From Candidatus Woesebacteria bacterium RIFCSPLOWO2_01_FULL_39_23 (lineage in GTDB: Bacteria > Patescibacteriota > Microgenomatia > UBA8517): DNA of 64,000 bases. The DNA lies in the NCBI GenBank assembly GCA_001793095.1, contig MGHG01000005.1, positions 6,569 to 70,568 on the forward strand. The letters are read 5' to 3'. Below the pieces are notes generated by a model, which saw only the letters and a program-made list of their open reading frames with translations, was not told the origin of the DNA and ran no database searches. A program made the translations under genes and the position numbers. Numbering within the stretch: the stretch's first letter is position 1; each line of letters opens with the position of its first letter. Positions 27,985 to 38,387 of the stretch are shown here, piece by piece.

Positions 27985-28671
27985 ATGGATTTAGAGAATA
28001 AAAGTCAAAAAGGCTTTGCCCAAGTTTTGATCATAATAATCCTGGCTGTCCTTGTTGTCGGAGGAATTGGGTATTATGCATACAAAAATGGACAGACCCG
28101 CCTGCCGGACGGGCAGGTAAAAACAACTTCTCAATCATCTCCTTCCCCCACTCCTACAATAGATACCTCAAATTGGAAAACTTACTCAAGCGAAGCCGGG
28201 TGGATACTCAAATATCCGAAAAATTGGTACGTATACGATAAGGGTTATAAGTTAGGTAATAAAAATGAATATTTAAATAATTACCACACTGTATCCTTTA
28301 GCCCCAATAAATTTCCGGAATCTATCCTTGAAGGTACTGAATTTGCATATAAAGGATTATCAGTAAGTTTTGACCCGAGCAACTTGGATCTCGATAAGGT
28401 ATTAGAAAATGCAAAAAATGATAAAAGTTTTGTTAGCGGAAATAAAATCGAAGTTGCAGGTAAATCAGCAGTAAAATTGATTTACGATTCACGAAGTGAA
28501 AATAACTTACCTCCAGCATTCAGGGAACAACGGGTATTATACAAGATTAATTATTCAATGTTTAATTTTTCTTTACTTAGCATTTCTTATAACTTAAGCG
28601 ACATGCAAACTCTCGAAGATAATCCATATAATCAAATCCTCTCCACCCTTCGGTTTGACTCGGGGCTGTAG
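27985..28671 (+). CDS. exported protein with the same N-terminal anchor (family member 2)
   Basis: ...KGFAQVLIIIILAVLVVGGIGYYAYKNGQTRLPDGQ... Confidence 0.45.
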   Translation: MDLENKSQKGFAQVLIIIILAVLVVGGIGYYAYKNGQTRLPDGQVKTTSQSSPSPTPTIDTSNWKTYSSEAGWILKYPKNWYVYDKGYKLGNKNEYLNNYHTVSFSPNKFPESILEGTEFAYKGLSVSFDPSNLDLDKVLENAKNDKSFVSGNKIEVAGKSAVKLIYDSRSENNLPPAFREQRVLYKINYSMFNFSLLSISYNLSDMQTLEDNPYNQILSTLRFDSGL

Positions 28672-28732
28672 CCCTACGATTTAACTCAGGGCTATAGCTT
28701 TTAAGTTTTTAGATTAAAAATTGTGATATAAT

Positions 28733-28990
28733 TTGTTCACAATGGCTAAAAAGAAAGTAAAAATTCTGCAGTATAACGCGGTTATTCAGGAAGAAAAAGA
28801 GGGTGGATACTCTGTTTGGGTTCCCGCCTTACCGGGTTGTACTTCTCAAGGTGAAACATTTGAAGAAGCAGTAAAAAACATCAAGGAGGCAATTGAACTT
28901 TATTTGGAATCGTCCCCTGAAATTCTGGAATATGGCGACGAAAAGAACGACAAACAGTTTCTGGTACCTATAAAGGTAAGGTATGCCTAA
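28733..28990 (+). CDS. hicB: HicB-family antitoxin
   Basis: 85 aa; YSVWVPALPGCTSQGETFEEAVKNIKEAIELYLE matches HicB/UPF0150. Confidence 0.65.
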   Translation: MFTMAKKKVKILQYNAVIQEEKEGGYSVWVPALPGCTSQGETFEEAVKNIKEAIELYLESSPEILEYGDEKNDKQFLVPIKVRYA

Positions 28991-29222
28991 ACTGCCCCAA
29001 GTTAGTGGACGCGAAGTAATAAAAGTCTTGAGAAAAATAGGATTTGAAAAAGTTTCTCAAAAAGGAAGCCATATTAAACTTCAGAGACAGAAAGCAAATA
29101 CCACACAAATTATAATTGTCCCCGATCATAAAATTATAAAGAAAGGAACGCTCCGAAACGGAATTTTAAAACCTATCCCTCTTACTGTTGAAGAATTTTT
29201 AAGTTTACTCAAGAGAAAATGA
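28983..29222 (+). CDS. hicA: HicA-family mRNA interferase toxin
   Basis: 79 aa; GSHIKLQR...VPDHKIIKKGTLRNILK; 8-nt overlap with hicB. Confidence 0.65.
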   Translation: MPKLPQVSGREVIKVLRKIGFEKVSQKGSHIKLQRQKANTTQIIIVPDHKIIKKGTLRNGILKPIPLTVEEFLSLLKRK

Positions 29223-30115
29223 ACAAAAATCTAAGCCCCGTACCAAACTCTGTTCTGGTGCGTGGGTCAAACGGTTTTGTTCCTCTCATCATTCTTTTAG
29301 TCATAACCTTATTAACTTCTATTGGAATTGGGTATTATGCGTATAAAAATGGACAAATAAAATTACCTTCTCAAGAACCTACTCAAAAAAGTGAAAATTC
29401 TATAGGAATTGGATTCGGTCTGTCTGAAAGAACCCTCCCCTTTTTACGCTATCTGACAAATGCCAATGATTTTGTTGATCTCATGAACATCACTAAATCT
29501 TCTGATTTAATAACAAATGCCAACGAAAAATCAATTCAGACAGTATGCATAGCCAGATCTCTCGATGGACTAAAAGAAATCGCCGCTTTGGCGAAAGAAA
29601 AAGAGGTGATATGTAACTATCTTGGTTATAATCCGGAAGATCGTGAGGGAACTCCGGAGGAAGAATTAAACGACTTCGTCGGATCTAGCCAAAAAGCACA
29701 ACAGACTGTGCAAAGTTATGGACTAAAACTGGTTAACGGCCCCGGCTTGAAATATATAAGTAAACAGGAAGAGAATTACGCACAAGCAGCGAAGTTTACA
29801 GATATTTGGCTTATTCAAACCCAAGGTTTAACTATAGATAAAAAAACAAACAAACACGCAACTCCGGAAGAATACAACCAATCAGTAAAAAGGGTTGCAG
29901 ACATGCTTAGGAGTGGAAATCCGGAGGTTAAAATATGGGCACAAATAGTACTCACTCCGGGAGGGGTTGAAGCAGCACAATTTACGCCAGAAGAAATCGT
30001 TGCCTATATTAAGTCAGTTGAAGGAACGGTTGATGCAGTTAGAATTTATACAACAGGTACTCCCAACTTTGAAGACATTCTTCAAAAAATTATCAATCTA
30101 TTACGTCCCAGTTGA
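29219..30115 (+). CDS. exported protein with the same N-terminal anchor (family member 3)
   Basis: ...NGFVPLIILLVITLLTSIGIGYYAYKNGQIKLPSQ... Confidence 0.45.
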   Translation: MNKNLSPVPNSVLVRGSNGFVPLIILLVITLLTSIGIGYYAYKNGQIKLPSQEPTQKSENSIGIGFGLSERTLPFLRYLTNANDFVDLMNITKSSDLITNANEKSIQTVCIARSLDGLKEIAALAKEKEVICNYLGYNPEDREGTPEEELNDFVGSSQKAQQTVQSYGLKLVNGPGLKYISKQEENYAQAAKFTDIWLIQTQGLTIDKKTNKHATPEEYNQSVKRVADMLRSGNPEVKIWAQIVLTPGGVEAAQFTPEEIVAYIKSVEGTVDAVRIYTTGTPNFEDILQKIINLLRPS

Positions 30116-30176
30116 AACCTCCTCACAAAAAAACTCCCTCTTAAAACCTATTGCTTTCGTTGTTACAATATAGGTA

Positions 30177-32435
30177 GTGGAGCACCTCCTCCCATATAAA
30201 CCAGATGAGAAATTTGCCCAAAAAATAGCCAAAGTTGCCTTCAAGCTAATACTAAGGCTACTAGCTTTTATTGGCAAACCCTTTTACCTCGGTATTTTAA
30301 GTGTTTTTCTCTTTACAATTTATATTTATTATGGGGTAAAGAAAATAGACCGAAACCACGATCTTTTTTTGATTAAATTATCCTCTTCATTAAAAACAAG
30401 CCTCAAAAAACCGCTCATAAAAACAAAGCTCTTCTTTCTTCAAAAAACGTACAATAGAAAAGCTCATGTATCGAAAAACTTATTAATTAGCATTTCAATC
30501 ATTACAGTCCTACTTACATTCTCTACCACCTTCTTTTGGACTTATATTATGGAGGATCTTCCCTCTCCTAAAGTTTTATCAACGCGGGCGTCAGAAGTTT
30601 CGACGAAAATATACGACAGAAACGGCGTCTTACTCTACAAAATTTATAAAGATCAAAATCGAACACCGGTAAAACTTAGTGAACTTCCTAAAAATGTGAT
30701 TCTCTCAACTCTGGCCATCGAAGACGCTGAATTCTACTCCCACCCGGGTTTTTCTCTTAGAGGCATGTCGAGGGCATTAATTAAAAATACTTTACAAGGT
30801 AAACTAACCGGAGGCTCAACAATTACCCAACAGCTTGTAAAAAATACTCTATTATCACCCGAAAAAACGTTCAGCAGAAAGCTGAGAGAATTAGTTTTGG
30901 CCATAGAGGTTGAATTCTATTTCAGTAAAGATCAAATTCTCGAAATGTATCTTAATGAAGTATCTTACGGTGGAACGGCCTATGGAATTGAAGAGGCCTC
31001 TAAGTTTTATTTTGGTAAAAATGCACAAGAACTTACTTTAGCCGAGGCGGCACTCTTAGCTGGTTTACCCCAAAGTCCGACTAAATTTTCCCCGTTTGGT
31101 TCGAATCCAAAAACTGCAAAGGAAAGGCAAAAAGAGGTCTTGGATCAAATGGTCAAAGATTTATTCATATCTGAAGCTCAAAAGGAAGATGCTCTTAAAG
31201 AAGAGTTAAAGTACGCCAATAACACAATTGATATAAAAGCCCCACATTTTGTTATGTATGTTCGCGACCTTTTGGAAGATAAATATGGGAAAGGCGTTGT
31301 AGAAAAAGGAGGACTAGAAGTTGTAACCACGCTTGATCTTAAAACCCAACACATGACTGAAAAGGTAGTTGCCGAGGAAATTCCAAAACTTGTAAATTAC
31401 CACGTAGGTAATGGTGCAGCTCTTGTTGCTAATCCTCAAACCGGTGAGATACTTGCAATGGTCGGAAGTAAAAATTATTTTGATATTCCTTCGGAAGGAA
31501 ATGTCAATGTACTTACGTCCCTTCAACAACCGGGTTCTTCTATAAAGATTGTTAATTATGCTTATGCACTTACTCACGGATATACCGCTTCTTCTATAAT
31601 CAACGATGCTCCAATAAGCTATAAAATTGCAGGACAAACCCCTTATTCACCCAAAAATTATGATGGCAAGTTTCGGGGAAAACTCACTTTAAGAAGCGCT
31701 TTTGCCGAATCCCGTAATGTTCCTGCAGTCAAAGTTTTAGCAAGTTATGGAGTTGACAAGATGATTGATCAGGGAAGAAAAATGGGCATAACTACATGGA
31801 ATGATCCGTCAAACTACGGGCTCTCTATTACCTTGGGAGGAGCGGATATAAAACCATTGGAGTTAGCCCAAGTTTATTCCGTCGTAGCAAATTACGGTAC
31901 AAGAGTAGATTTCAATCCGATACTGAAGGTGACAAATTATAAAGGTAAAGTTTTAGAAGATAAAACCGATCGCCATGTTGAGGTGGTTCTGGATCCCCGC
32001 GTTGCATTTATTATAACTGACATATTAAAAGATAATAAGGCTCGTACTCCGGCGTTCGGTGCTAACTCACTTCTTAACATCCCCAATCACAAAGAAGTCG
32101 CAGTAAAAACCGGCACGAGTAATGCTCTTCGTGACAATTTTGCAATCGGTTATAACCAATATTATTTAACTCTGGCTTGGGTAGGAAATAACGACAACTC
32201 TCCGATGTCGAGGATTGCTTCGGGAGTAACCGGAGCAACGCCTATTTTTAACAAAATTATGACTAACCTCCTGGCAGACAGATCAAATCATCCATGGGAA
32301 ATTCCGGCAGGTGTTGAGAAAAAGAAAATCTGTTCCTCCTATAAAAAAGCAGATAGCGAAGAAATTATAGTTAAAAGCTTCGAGGAGTGGTTTTTAAAGG
32401 AAAATGCCCCGAAAAGTACCTGCTTACTTCACTGA
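30177..32435 (+). CDS. class A penicillin-binding protein (second PBP1A paralog)
   Basis: 752 aa; GT51 EDAEFYSHPGF, GGSTITQQLVKN, RKLRE; transpeptidase SSIKI (SxxK), SRN, KTGT. Confidence 0.85.
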   Translation: MEHLLPYKPDEKFAQKIAKVAFKLILRLLAFIGKPFYLGILSVFLFTIYIYYGVKKIDRNHDLFLIKLSSSLKTSLKKPLIKTKLFFLQKTYNRKAHVSKNLLISISIITVLLTFSTTFFWTYIMEDLPSPKVLSTRASEVSTKIYDRNGVLLYKIYKDQNRTPVKLSELPKNVILSTLAIEDAEFYSHPGFSLRGMSRALIKNTLQGKLTGGSTITQQLVKNTLLSPEKTFSRKLRELVLAIEVEFYFSKDQILEMYLNEVSYGGTAYGIEEASKFYFGKNAQELTLAEAALLAGLPQSPTKFSPFGSNPKTAKERQKEVLDQMVKDLFISEAQKEDALKEELKYANNTIDIKAPHFVMYVRDLLEDKYGKGVVEKGGLEVVTTLDLKTQHMTEKVVAEEIPKLVNYHVGNGAALVANPQTGEILAMVGSKNYFDIPSEGNVNVLTSLQQPGSSIKIVNYAYALTHGYTASSIINDAPISYKIAGQTPYSPKNYDGKFRGKLTLRSAFAESRNVPAVKVLASYGVDKMIDQGRKMGITTWNDPSNYGLSITLGGADIKPLELAQVYSVVANYGTRVDFNPILKVTNYKGKVLEDKTDRHVEVVLDPRVAFIITDILKDNKARTPAFGANSLLNIPNHKEVAVKTGTSNALRDNFAIGYNQYYLTLAWVGNNDNSPMSRIASGVTGATPIFNKIMTNLLADRSNHPWEIPAGVEKKKICSSYKKADSEEIIVKSFEEWFLKENAPKSTCLLH

Positions 32436-33659
32436 AGTTTCGCCTTGGTATATTATTTCCGAAAGCTTGGGAATTACCTCATCTGCCTCTTTTTCAACAA
32501 CTCCCTTGGTCATAATAACAGCTACATAAGGCCCCCCTCCGGGCTGGAGGTCTTTCTCCGAACCTTGAGGTTCTCTGAACCGGAGGTCGGCATATATGAT
32601 TCCGCCGTCATTAACTACATGTACTTCACGTCCGTATTTATGGGCAACTCTTATATTCTCCGGCACACCTCCTGCTAGCCAATTTTCAAAGACTGTGTCC
32701 GTCAAATACCCCAGAATCTCATTTGCGGATTTCTCAGTCAGAATAGTTGTCTGCCCGCCACCTGCCCGCAAGGTCTCGCCACGCGTGACAGACGGGTTGC
32801 TGCGCTCAGGCGCTGGCAGGCTGGCTTTCCAAAGTTTTTCAAATATTACTCCGATATCTTTGGGGGTGGTTGCATTCTCAGCCAAATTGGTTGATGTCAA
32901 ACCTATATCAGATATTATTTCCTTGATTTTTTCCTCCCCGAGTAACTTTCGACAAATATTGAAAGCGGTATTATCCGACTGTTTACCCATTAACCCCACC
33001 AAATTCCGATACGTCGTTTCATAACCAACAGGTTTTCCGTATAAACTTCCTGAACCGACGACCTTATCACTGGCCGTGAGCTTGTATTTGGTATCTAAAT
33101 CAATATTTCCTTTCTCGGCTTCCATAAACATACCGACAATTACCGGAAGCTTTATTAAAGAAGCCGCTTCAAATACCTCATCTTCATACTCGCCGTAAGT
33201 AAATCCGCTACTAAGCTCAATAACGTAAAATCCGTAAACGCCGGAGAGATAGCTGGTTGCATCTTTAAATTTCTGAGTTACCTCAAGAGCTTTCTCCTCA
33301 TCTTTCTTTTTACCGGTAATAACAATTGTTTCCTCCCCCCAAAAAGGACTTGATATTTTAGGGATCCCGAATTTGGGCAGACCGGGGAATTTTCCCTCCC
33401 TGGCGTCTAAAGCCAAATAGAATGACGTTCCGGCAGTAAAAATCAACAAGGTTAGAAGTAATATTCTGTCTATCCTACTCCACTCCCGAGGAGGTTCTTT
33501 TCTTTTTCTCCTACCGACGTTGTCGGCCAAGCTCTGCTTATTTTCAGATTTTAAGTCTTTAAAATCTTTACTCTTCGGTCTCCTTCTTAAGGGTTTTTCT
33601 ACCAGCTCCTCATCATAGTCATCTTCATTTATTTTCTTAGTCTTTTTGAATAACACCAT
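32424..33659 (-). CDS. serine hydrolase of class A beta-lactamase/DD-peptidase family, membrane-anchored
   Basis: 411 aa; basic N-terminus + TM; ASLIKLPV (SxxK), KQSDNTAFN (SDN). Confidence 0.55.
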   Translation of the reverse strand: MVLFKKTKKINEDDYDEELVEKPLRRRPKSKDFKDLKSENKQSLADNVGRRKRKEPPREWSRIDRILLLTLLIFTAGTSFYLALDAREGKFPGLPKFGIPKISSPFWGEETIVITGKKKDEEKALEVTQKFKDATSYLSGVYGFYVIELSSGFTYGEYEDEVFEAASLIKLPVIVGMFMEAEKGNIDLDTKYKLTASDKVVGSGSLYGKPVGYETTYRNLVGLMGKQSDNTAFNICRKLLGEEKIKEIISDIGLTSTNLAENATTPKDIGVIFEKLWKASLPAPERSNPSVTRGETLRAGGGQTTILTEKSANEILGYLTDTVFENWLAGGVPENIRVAHKYGREVHVVNDGGIIYADLRFREPQGSEKDLQPGGGPYVAVIMTKGVVEKEADEVIPKLSEIIYQGETSVK

Positions 33660-33832
33660 ATATCCATTTTACAATGAAATTTTGGCTATTAATATATGAA
33701 GTAGATTAGGATTTTCTTCGGAATATTAGTGTGGAATATTGCTTAAAAGATAAGAGGTATTTATTTACTCAAAACAAATTATTTTCTCCGATTATTCGCT
33801 CCAAGCCGATTAATGAAAAAAGGCACTCTAAC

Positions 33833-34858
33833 TTAAGCTACTTTGTACCTAACTAATTCTTTCTCGGTGTTTGCCCGCGCCTGAGGCCATACTTCTTTGT
33901 TAATAATATTTTCAGGTACTTGGCCAGAAAGTACTTGGAGTACCGCATCAACTGCGAGTTGCCCCATCTTTTCCCTGGCTTCATGGGTACCGGAGGCGAT
34001 ATGGGGTGTTAATACAACATTCTCCATGCCAATTAACTCAGGATTGATGTTCGGCTCGACTTCAAAAACATCGAGGGCAGCTCCACTTAAATGGCCGCTC
34101 CTCAGGGCGTCAACTAATGCATGTTCGTCGACAATTGGTCCTCGGGCAGTATTGATTAAATAACATCCCTGTTTTAACTTTCCCAGGCTTTCGGCATTGA
34201 CCATTCCTCTAGTTTCATCAGTCAACGGAACATGCAGTGATACAAAATCGCTCTCGCGAAGTAATCGATCAAGATCTGAAAATTCGATACCTATGTCCTT
34301 CTCGGCGTCAGTATCAGGAGTTCTTTTATTGTATAGGACTCGCATTTCAAAGCCTTTTGCGCGTTTGGCGACCATTGTTCCGATCCTGCCTAAACCGATA
34401 ACGCCCAGGGTTTTCCCCTTCAATGATTTCCCAAGAAAGATATTGGGTTCCCAGCCTCTATAACTTCCCCGCCTTGTCGATTCATCGGCTTCAACAATCC
34501 TTCGGGTTAAGGCCAGAAGCAGTGCCCATGTATGTTCGGCTACGGCTTCATTAACTTCCTCGCATGGCGTATTAGCTGCGATTATGCCCCGATCGGATAG
34601 TTCAGGAACATTGATATTGTCAAAACCTACTGCATAATTTGAAACAACTTTAAGTTGAGGTCCAATTGCATCTACGAGCTCGCCGTCAATTTTGTCTGTA
34701 AGAAGAGTGAGAAGCGCATCGCATCCTTTTCCTTTATCAATTAATTCTTCCTGGGTAATCGGTCTGTCGAACTCGGAGATAGTTACCCCATTGCCTGATT
34801 CTTTTAATCTATCGAGTGCAGTTCCCGGAAATTTTCTTGTAACAAATATTTTTGACAT
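33833..34858 (-). CDS. D-isomer-specific 2-hydroxyacid dehydrogenase (glyoxylate/hydroxypyruvate reductase-like)
   Basis: 341 aa; NAD-binding GVIGLGRIGTMVAKRA, catalytic R...E...H arrangement (LTPHIASGT). Confidence 0.8.
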   Translation of the reverse strand: MSKIFVTRKFPGTALDRLKESGNGVTISEFDRPITQEELIDKGKGCDALLTLLTDKIDGELVDAIGPQLKVVSNYAVGFDNINVPELSDRGIIAANTPCEEVNEAVAEHTWALLLALTRRIVEADESTRRGSYRGWEPNIFLGKSLKGKTLGVIGLGRIGTMVAKRAKGFEMRVLYNKRTPDTDAEKDIGIEFSDLDRLLRESDFVSLHVPLTDETRGMVNAESLGKLKQGCYLINTARGPIVDEHALVDALRSGHLSGAALDVFEVEPNINPELIGMENVVLTPHIASGTHEAREKMGQLAVDAVLQVLSGQVPENIINKEVWPQARANTEKELVRYKVA

Positions 34859-34977
34859 AAACTACTGCGGCCTAAAGGCTGTAGTATTCGCGCCTTTCAG
34901 GCTCGACAAGTTTGTTGCGTTCGATTCACCCCCGGCATAAATGCCGGTGTACTCTCGAATGCAATAGATTAATAGTA

Positions 34978-35298
34978 CTATCCCTGGTGTAATTGGGTCA
35001 AATTTGTTTCTAATATTTTTTCAACGACATCTCTTGGCTCGATAAGGTATTTCTCACTACAATTGGCTCCCGTAAGTATATAAAACTGAGGACCTTTACC
35101 ATTTGTTTCTGTAATTATAACAGCGGGTATTCCTCCCCTCTCATTATCTACAACTTGGAGAAATCTTGCTGTATTAACAAATTTTATTAACCCATCTCTT
35201 TTAATACCGTCTAAAATATCTCTTTCTGCCACCTTAAAACTCCTTAACTTCAACTCCGCTCGATTTAGCTCTAGCCATCCATGTTTGCATCCCCTCAC
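34978..35298 (-). CDS. hypothetical protein
   Basis: 106-aa ORF; 65-nt overlap with the kinase gene start makes it less certain. Confidence 0.25.
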   Translation of the reverse strand: MRGCKHGWLELNRAELKLRSFKVAERDILDGIKRDGLIKFVNTARFLQVVDNERGGIPAVIITETNGKGPQFYILTGANCSEKYLIEPRDVVEKILETNLTQLHQG

Positions 35299-36226
35299 CT
35301 GTTAAAAGACCTTTTTGTGCACCGATATAACCAATCACCGAAGCTGAATTAACAGTTCCCTGTAAGAGTGCTTCGTCGATATTTTTGCCTTTAATGAGAG
35401 CTGCCAGGCAGCCCGACCCGAAAGCGTCTCCGGCACCCGTTCTTTCAAACGAATCCACAGGCATAACTCCTGCTTGGTAATATTTGCCTTCAAACAGCGT
35501 AAAAGAGCCGTTAACACCGTCTGTTATTATTGGAATTTTGGGTCCGAGCGCAGCTACAGCATCCAGCAGTTCCTTATCCTTACCCGTACTTTCCGTCCGG
35601 CCGCTTAATTTTTCCGCTTCTTCTCTATTTATGTAAAGAATAGTTGCAATACTCAAAACATTTTTCAACTTTTCAACCCCTACCCTAAGTTGTCTGCTTC
35701 CGGGATTAAATACCAATTTAACATCAGGGTGGGATTTAACCCAATCAACAACGCGTGTGTAAATACTTTCAAAGTCATCACCCGCAGAGGTCAAATATAT
35801 CCACGAAGCTGATGGCATCTCTTCAGGAAACTTATAATTAATTTCATCTTTGTATGTAAACATCGTTCTCTCACCGGAATAATTTATTGCTAGTGAATAA
35901 TTTGATCTTTTCTCAGGCAACCTGTAAACATGTGATACATCAACGCCTTCTTTCATCAAGGTTTCTACTATCTGATCACCTATTTTATCTGCCCCTAATG
36001 TAAGTATGGTTGAATTTTTTATCCCAAGCCTTTGTGTACCAACCCCGTTATTTGCAGCGTTTCCACCTATTGAAAACTCCAAATCCCTAATTGGAATCTT
36101 ATCGCCATACGAAAAACAAATCAGACAATCCTTGTCGTTTAGTTGACACAGTGTTTCAGTCTCGGTCGGAAATATGAAAGCATCCAGCGACGCATCGCCT
36201 ATTGTTAAAAGATCAAATTCGCTCAT
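35234..36226 (-). CDS. PfkB-family carbohydrate kinase (ribokinase/fructokinase-like)
   Basis: 330 aa; GGNAANNGVG and C-terminal GAGDAFGSGCLAAL motifs. Confidence 0.75.
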   Translation of the reverse strand: MSEFDLLTIGDASLDAFIFPTETETLCQLNDKDCLICFSYGDKIPIRDLEFSIGGNAANNGVGTQRLGIKNSTILTLGADKIGDQIVETLMKEGVDVSHVYRLPEKRSNYSLAINYSGERTMFTYKDEINYKFPEEMPSASWIYLTSAGDDFESIYTRVVDWVKSHPDVKLVFNPGSRQLRVGVEKLKNVLSIATILYINREEAEKLSGRTESTGKDKELLDAVAALGPKIPIITDGVNGSFTLFEGKYYQAGVMPVDSFERTGAGDAFGSGCLAALIKGKNIDEALLQGTVNSASVIGYIGAQKGLLTGEGMQTWMARAKSSGVEVKEF

Positions 36227-36227
36227 A

Positions 36228-37277
36228 TTAATAATCTCCTGACCTTGCTAAACTGTTTAACCTTGCCCGTTCATAGAAAAGTTGCTGTGCATGCGCGATA
36301 TTTTCAGATTTTCCCACCCAAGCTTTGAGGGCGGGCTCCTGAAGAGCTCTTCCGAAAGAGAAACTCAGCTTCCAGGGAATATTTTCAAGCTCATTAAGTT
36401 TATCGAGATGGTCTGTTGAATCCTCGGGAGAATCGCCACCTGAAAGAAATACAACTCCCGGAAGTTCATCGGGTAGAACTTCTTTAAAAACCCGCAGAGT
36501 AGTCTTGGCAATTTCTTTACTGTCCGACTTCTCAGGATAATCAAATCCGGGGTGGACCCAGCTGGCTTTAAGAAGCATGCCTTTTATATAAACCCTGTGT
36601 CTTGATAGAGCAATAAAAAGATTCTTCATCATCCGTTTCGACACCTCAGCCGACCTTTCAAGCGTGTGACTTCCCTCCATTAAAACCTCTGGCTCGACAA
36701 TTGGCACCATGTCCTGTTCTTGCGATAGGGCAGCAAAACGGGCTAACGCTTCACAATTTGCATATATACATCCGTCCGTCGGCAAATCTTTATCAATCTT
36801 TATGACTGCACGCCATTTTGTAAATTCCGCACCAAGATTGACATAATCACTCAACCTCTCGCGAAGAGAGTCCAATCCTTCGGTTATTTTCTCTCCCGGA
36901 AAATTTGCCATGTCTTTTGCGCCCATATCGACTTTAATACCGGGAGTTATTCCAATCTTTGCGAGACAGTCAGGAAAAGCTATTCCCCCGTCCGTATTTT
37001 GTCTAATCGTCTCGTCGAATAAAATAACACCGCTTATGAAATTCTTTATATTGGGTGTTGTAAAGAGCATCTGACGATAAAGCCTGTGGTTTTCGGGAGT
37101 TGAAGCGACACCAACTGAGTCAAAACGCTTCTTTATTGAGCCAGTACTTTCATCGGCAGCTAAGATACCCTTCCCCTCGAAGATCAGTCTATGCACTCGT
37201 GTTTCAAGTTTAGCTTTATCCATAACTATTATCCAATCTACCATTTTCTGGTTGCAAGAACAAGAAAAATAATTCAT
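36228..37277 (-). CDS. fructose-bisphosphate aldolase, class I
   Basis: GKGILAADESTGSIKKRF is the hallmark class I FBA segment; a likely alternative start is MDKAKLE (M19). Confidence 0.8.
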   Translation of the reverse strand: MNYFSCSCNQKMVDWIIVMDKAKLETRVHRLIFEGKGILAADESTGSIKKRFDSVGVASTPENHRLYRQMLFTTPNIKNFISGVILFDETIRQNTDGGIAFPDCLAKIGITPGIKVDMGAKDMANFPGEKITEGLDSLRERLSDYVNLGAEFTKWRAVIKIDKDLPTDGCIYANCEALARFAALSQEQDMVPIVEPEVLMEGSHTLERSAEVSKRMMKNLFIALSRHRVYIKGMLLKASWVHPGFDYPEKSDSKEIAKTTLRVFKEVLPDELPGVVFLSGGDSPEDSTDHLDKLNELENIPWKLSFSFGRALQEPALKAWVGKSENIAHAQQLFYERARLNSLARSGDY

Positions 37278-37290
37278 AATTTAACCCAGC

Positions 37291-38376
37291 ATGAAGCCTG
37301 CCGATCCAACCAGAACTAATCCTAGCGGCCCAACAGGGTCGGTATTTCCGTCTTCGAACGACTTAACCTCCCAACAGCAAACTCCTACTCAAAATATCAC
37401 CGAGCCTCAACCTGTCGAGCCAATAATTAAGCCTAACATAACGGTTCCTGAGCAACCTGAACCTAATCAGCCAACTGCACCGGTTTTCCCTCAATTTCAG
37501 AACACGCCTCCGAGTATGCCGGCAGCTACTTATTCCAATCCTTTTGAGACTGTTACCCCACCCGTAACTCCGCCTCAACCCACAGTTCCTATCACTAATC
37601 AGGCTTCCCCAATGGATCCGCCACCATCTCCGCCATCAGTTGGGCCGTCAATCCAAGATACAACTCCTAATCTGAATGAAGTAATTACTCCTCGAAGATC
37701 AAGAAGTAAATTGCCCATTTTGCTTATTCTTGGAATTTTAATCTTATTAGTTGCTGGTGGCGTCGGGTATCTGGCTTATCAAAATATGCAACTTAAAAAT
37801 AAAGTCACACAAACTCCCTTGACTCAAGTCGCTACACCGACACCTGATATTTATACAAACCTAAAAACTTTTAGGAGTAATATTATTCCTGTTGAATTCA
37901 AAGTACCATCCGACTGGGAAGTCAGCGAAAGTCAAAACCAAGAACTAGGCAATCAGAAAATTATAAGTGTTAAATCTCTAGATTTTGCCTATGAAGGATC
38001 GGCCATCTCGAAGGGCTTTGAATTTAGAGTTGGGCCGATGAATGATCTTACCCAAAAGTACGATGCTTTCGAAGAATTTACAGCCGAAGAGAATAAAGAC
38101 GGGAAAAACGATCTTGTTGTCTTAAATGGCATCAAATGGCTTAAAAATGGATCAAGCGCAAAAACCTTAATAGATAGGACTCCAGTACCAGTCGCGCTTT
38201 ACACCGGAACTTCTCAAGCCAACGTTGGAGTTATTCTTTTTAACAAAATTCTTTCTTCATTCAGAATAGTTTCCCAGGTAACTCAAAGTACGCCGTCTGC
38301 TTCACCTTCTCCAAATTTAACCGGACCGACCACATCTCCCACAGCAACGCCTGCAGTTTCAGTTGACAATTTGTAG
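37291..38376 (+). CDS. proline-rich membrane protein with GGVGYLAYQN-type TM segment
   Basis: 361 aa; about 130-aa Pro-rich N-terminal region; TM LPILLILGILILLVAGGVGYLAYQN resembling the GIGYYAYKN family motif. Confidence 0.4.
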   Translation: MKPADPTRTNPSGPTGSVFPSSNDLTSQQQTPTQNITEPQPVEPIIKPNITVPEQPEPNQPTAPVFPQFQNTPPSMPAATYSNPFETVTPPVTPPQPTVPITNQASPMDPPPSPPSVGPSIQDTTPNLNEVITPRRSRSKLPILLILGILILLVAGGVGYLAYQNMQLKNKVTQTPLTQVATPTPDIYTNLKTFRSNIIPVEFKVPSDWEVSESQNQELGNQKIISVKSLDFAYEGSAISKGFEFRVGPMNDLTQKYDAFEEFTAEENKDGKNDLVVLNGIKWLKNGSSAKTLIDRTPVPVALYTGTSQANVGVILFNKILSSFRIVSQVTQSTPSASPSPNLTGPTTSPTATPAVSVDNL

Positions 38377-38387
38377 AAGTGTGAAAT

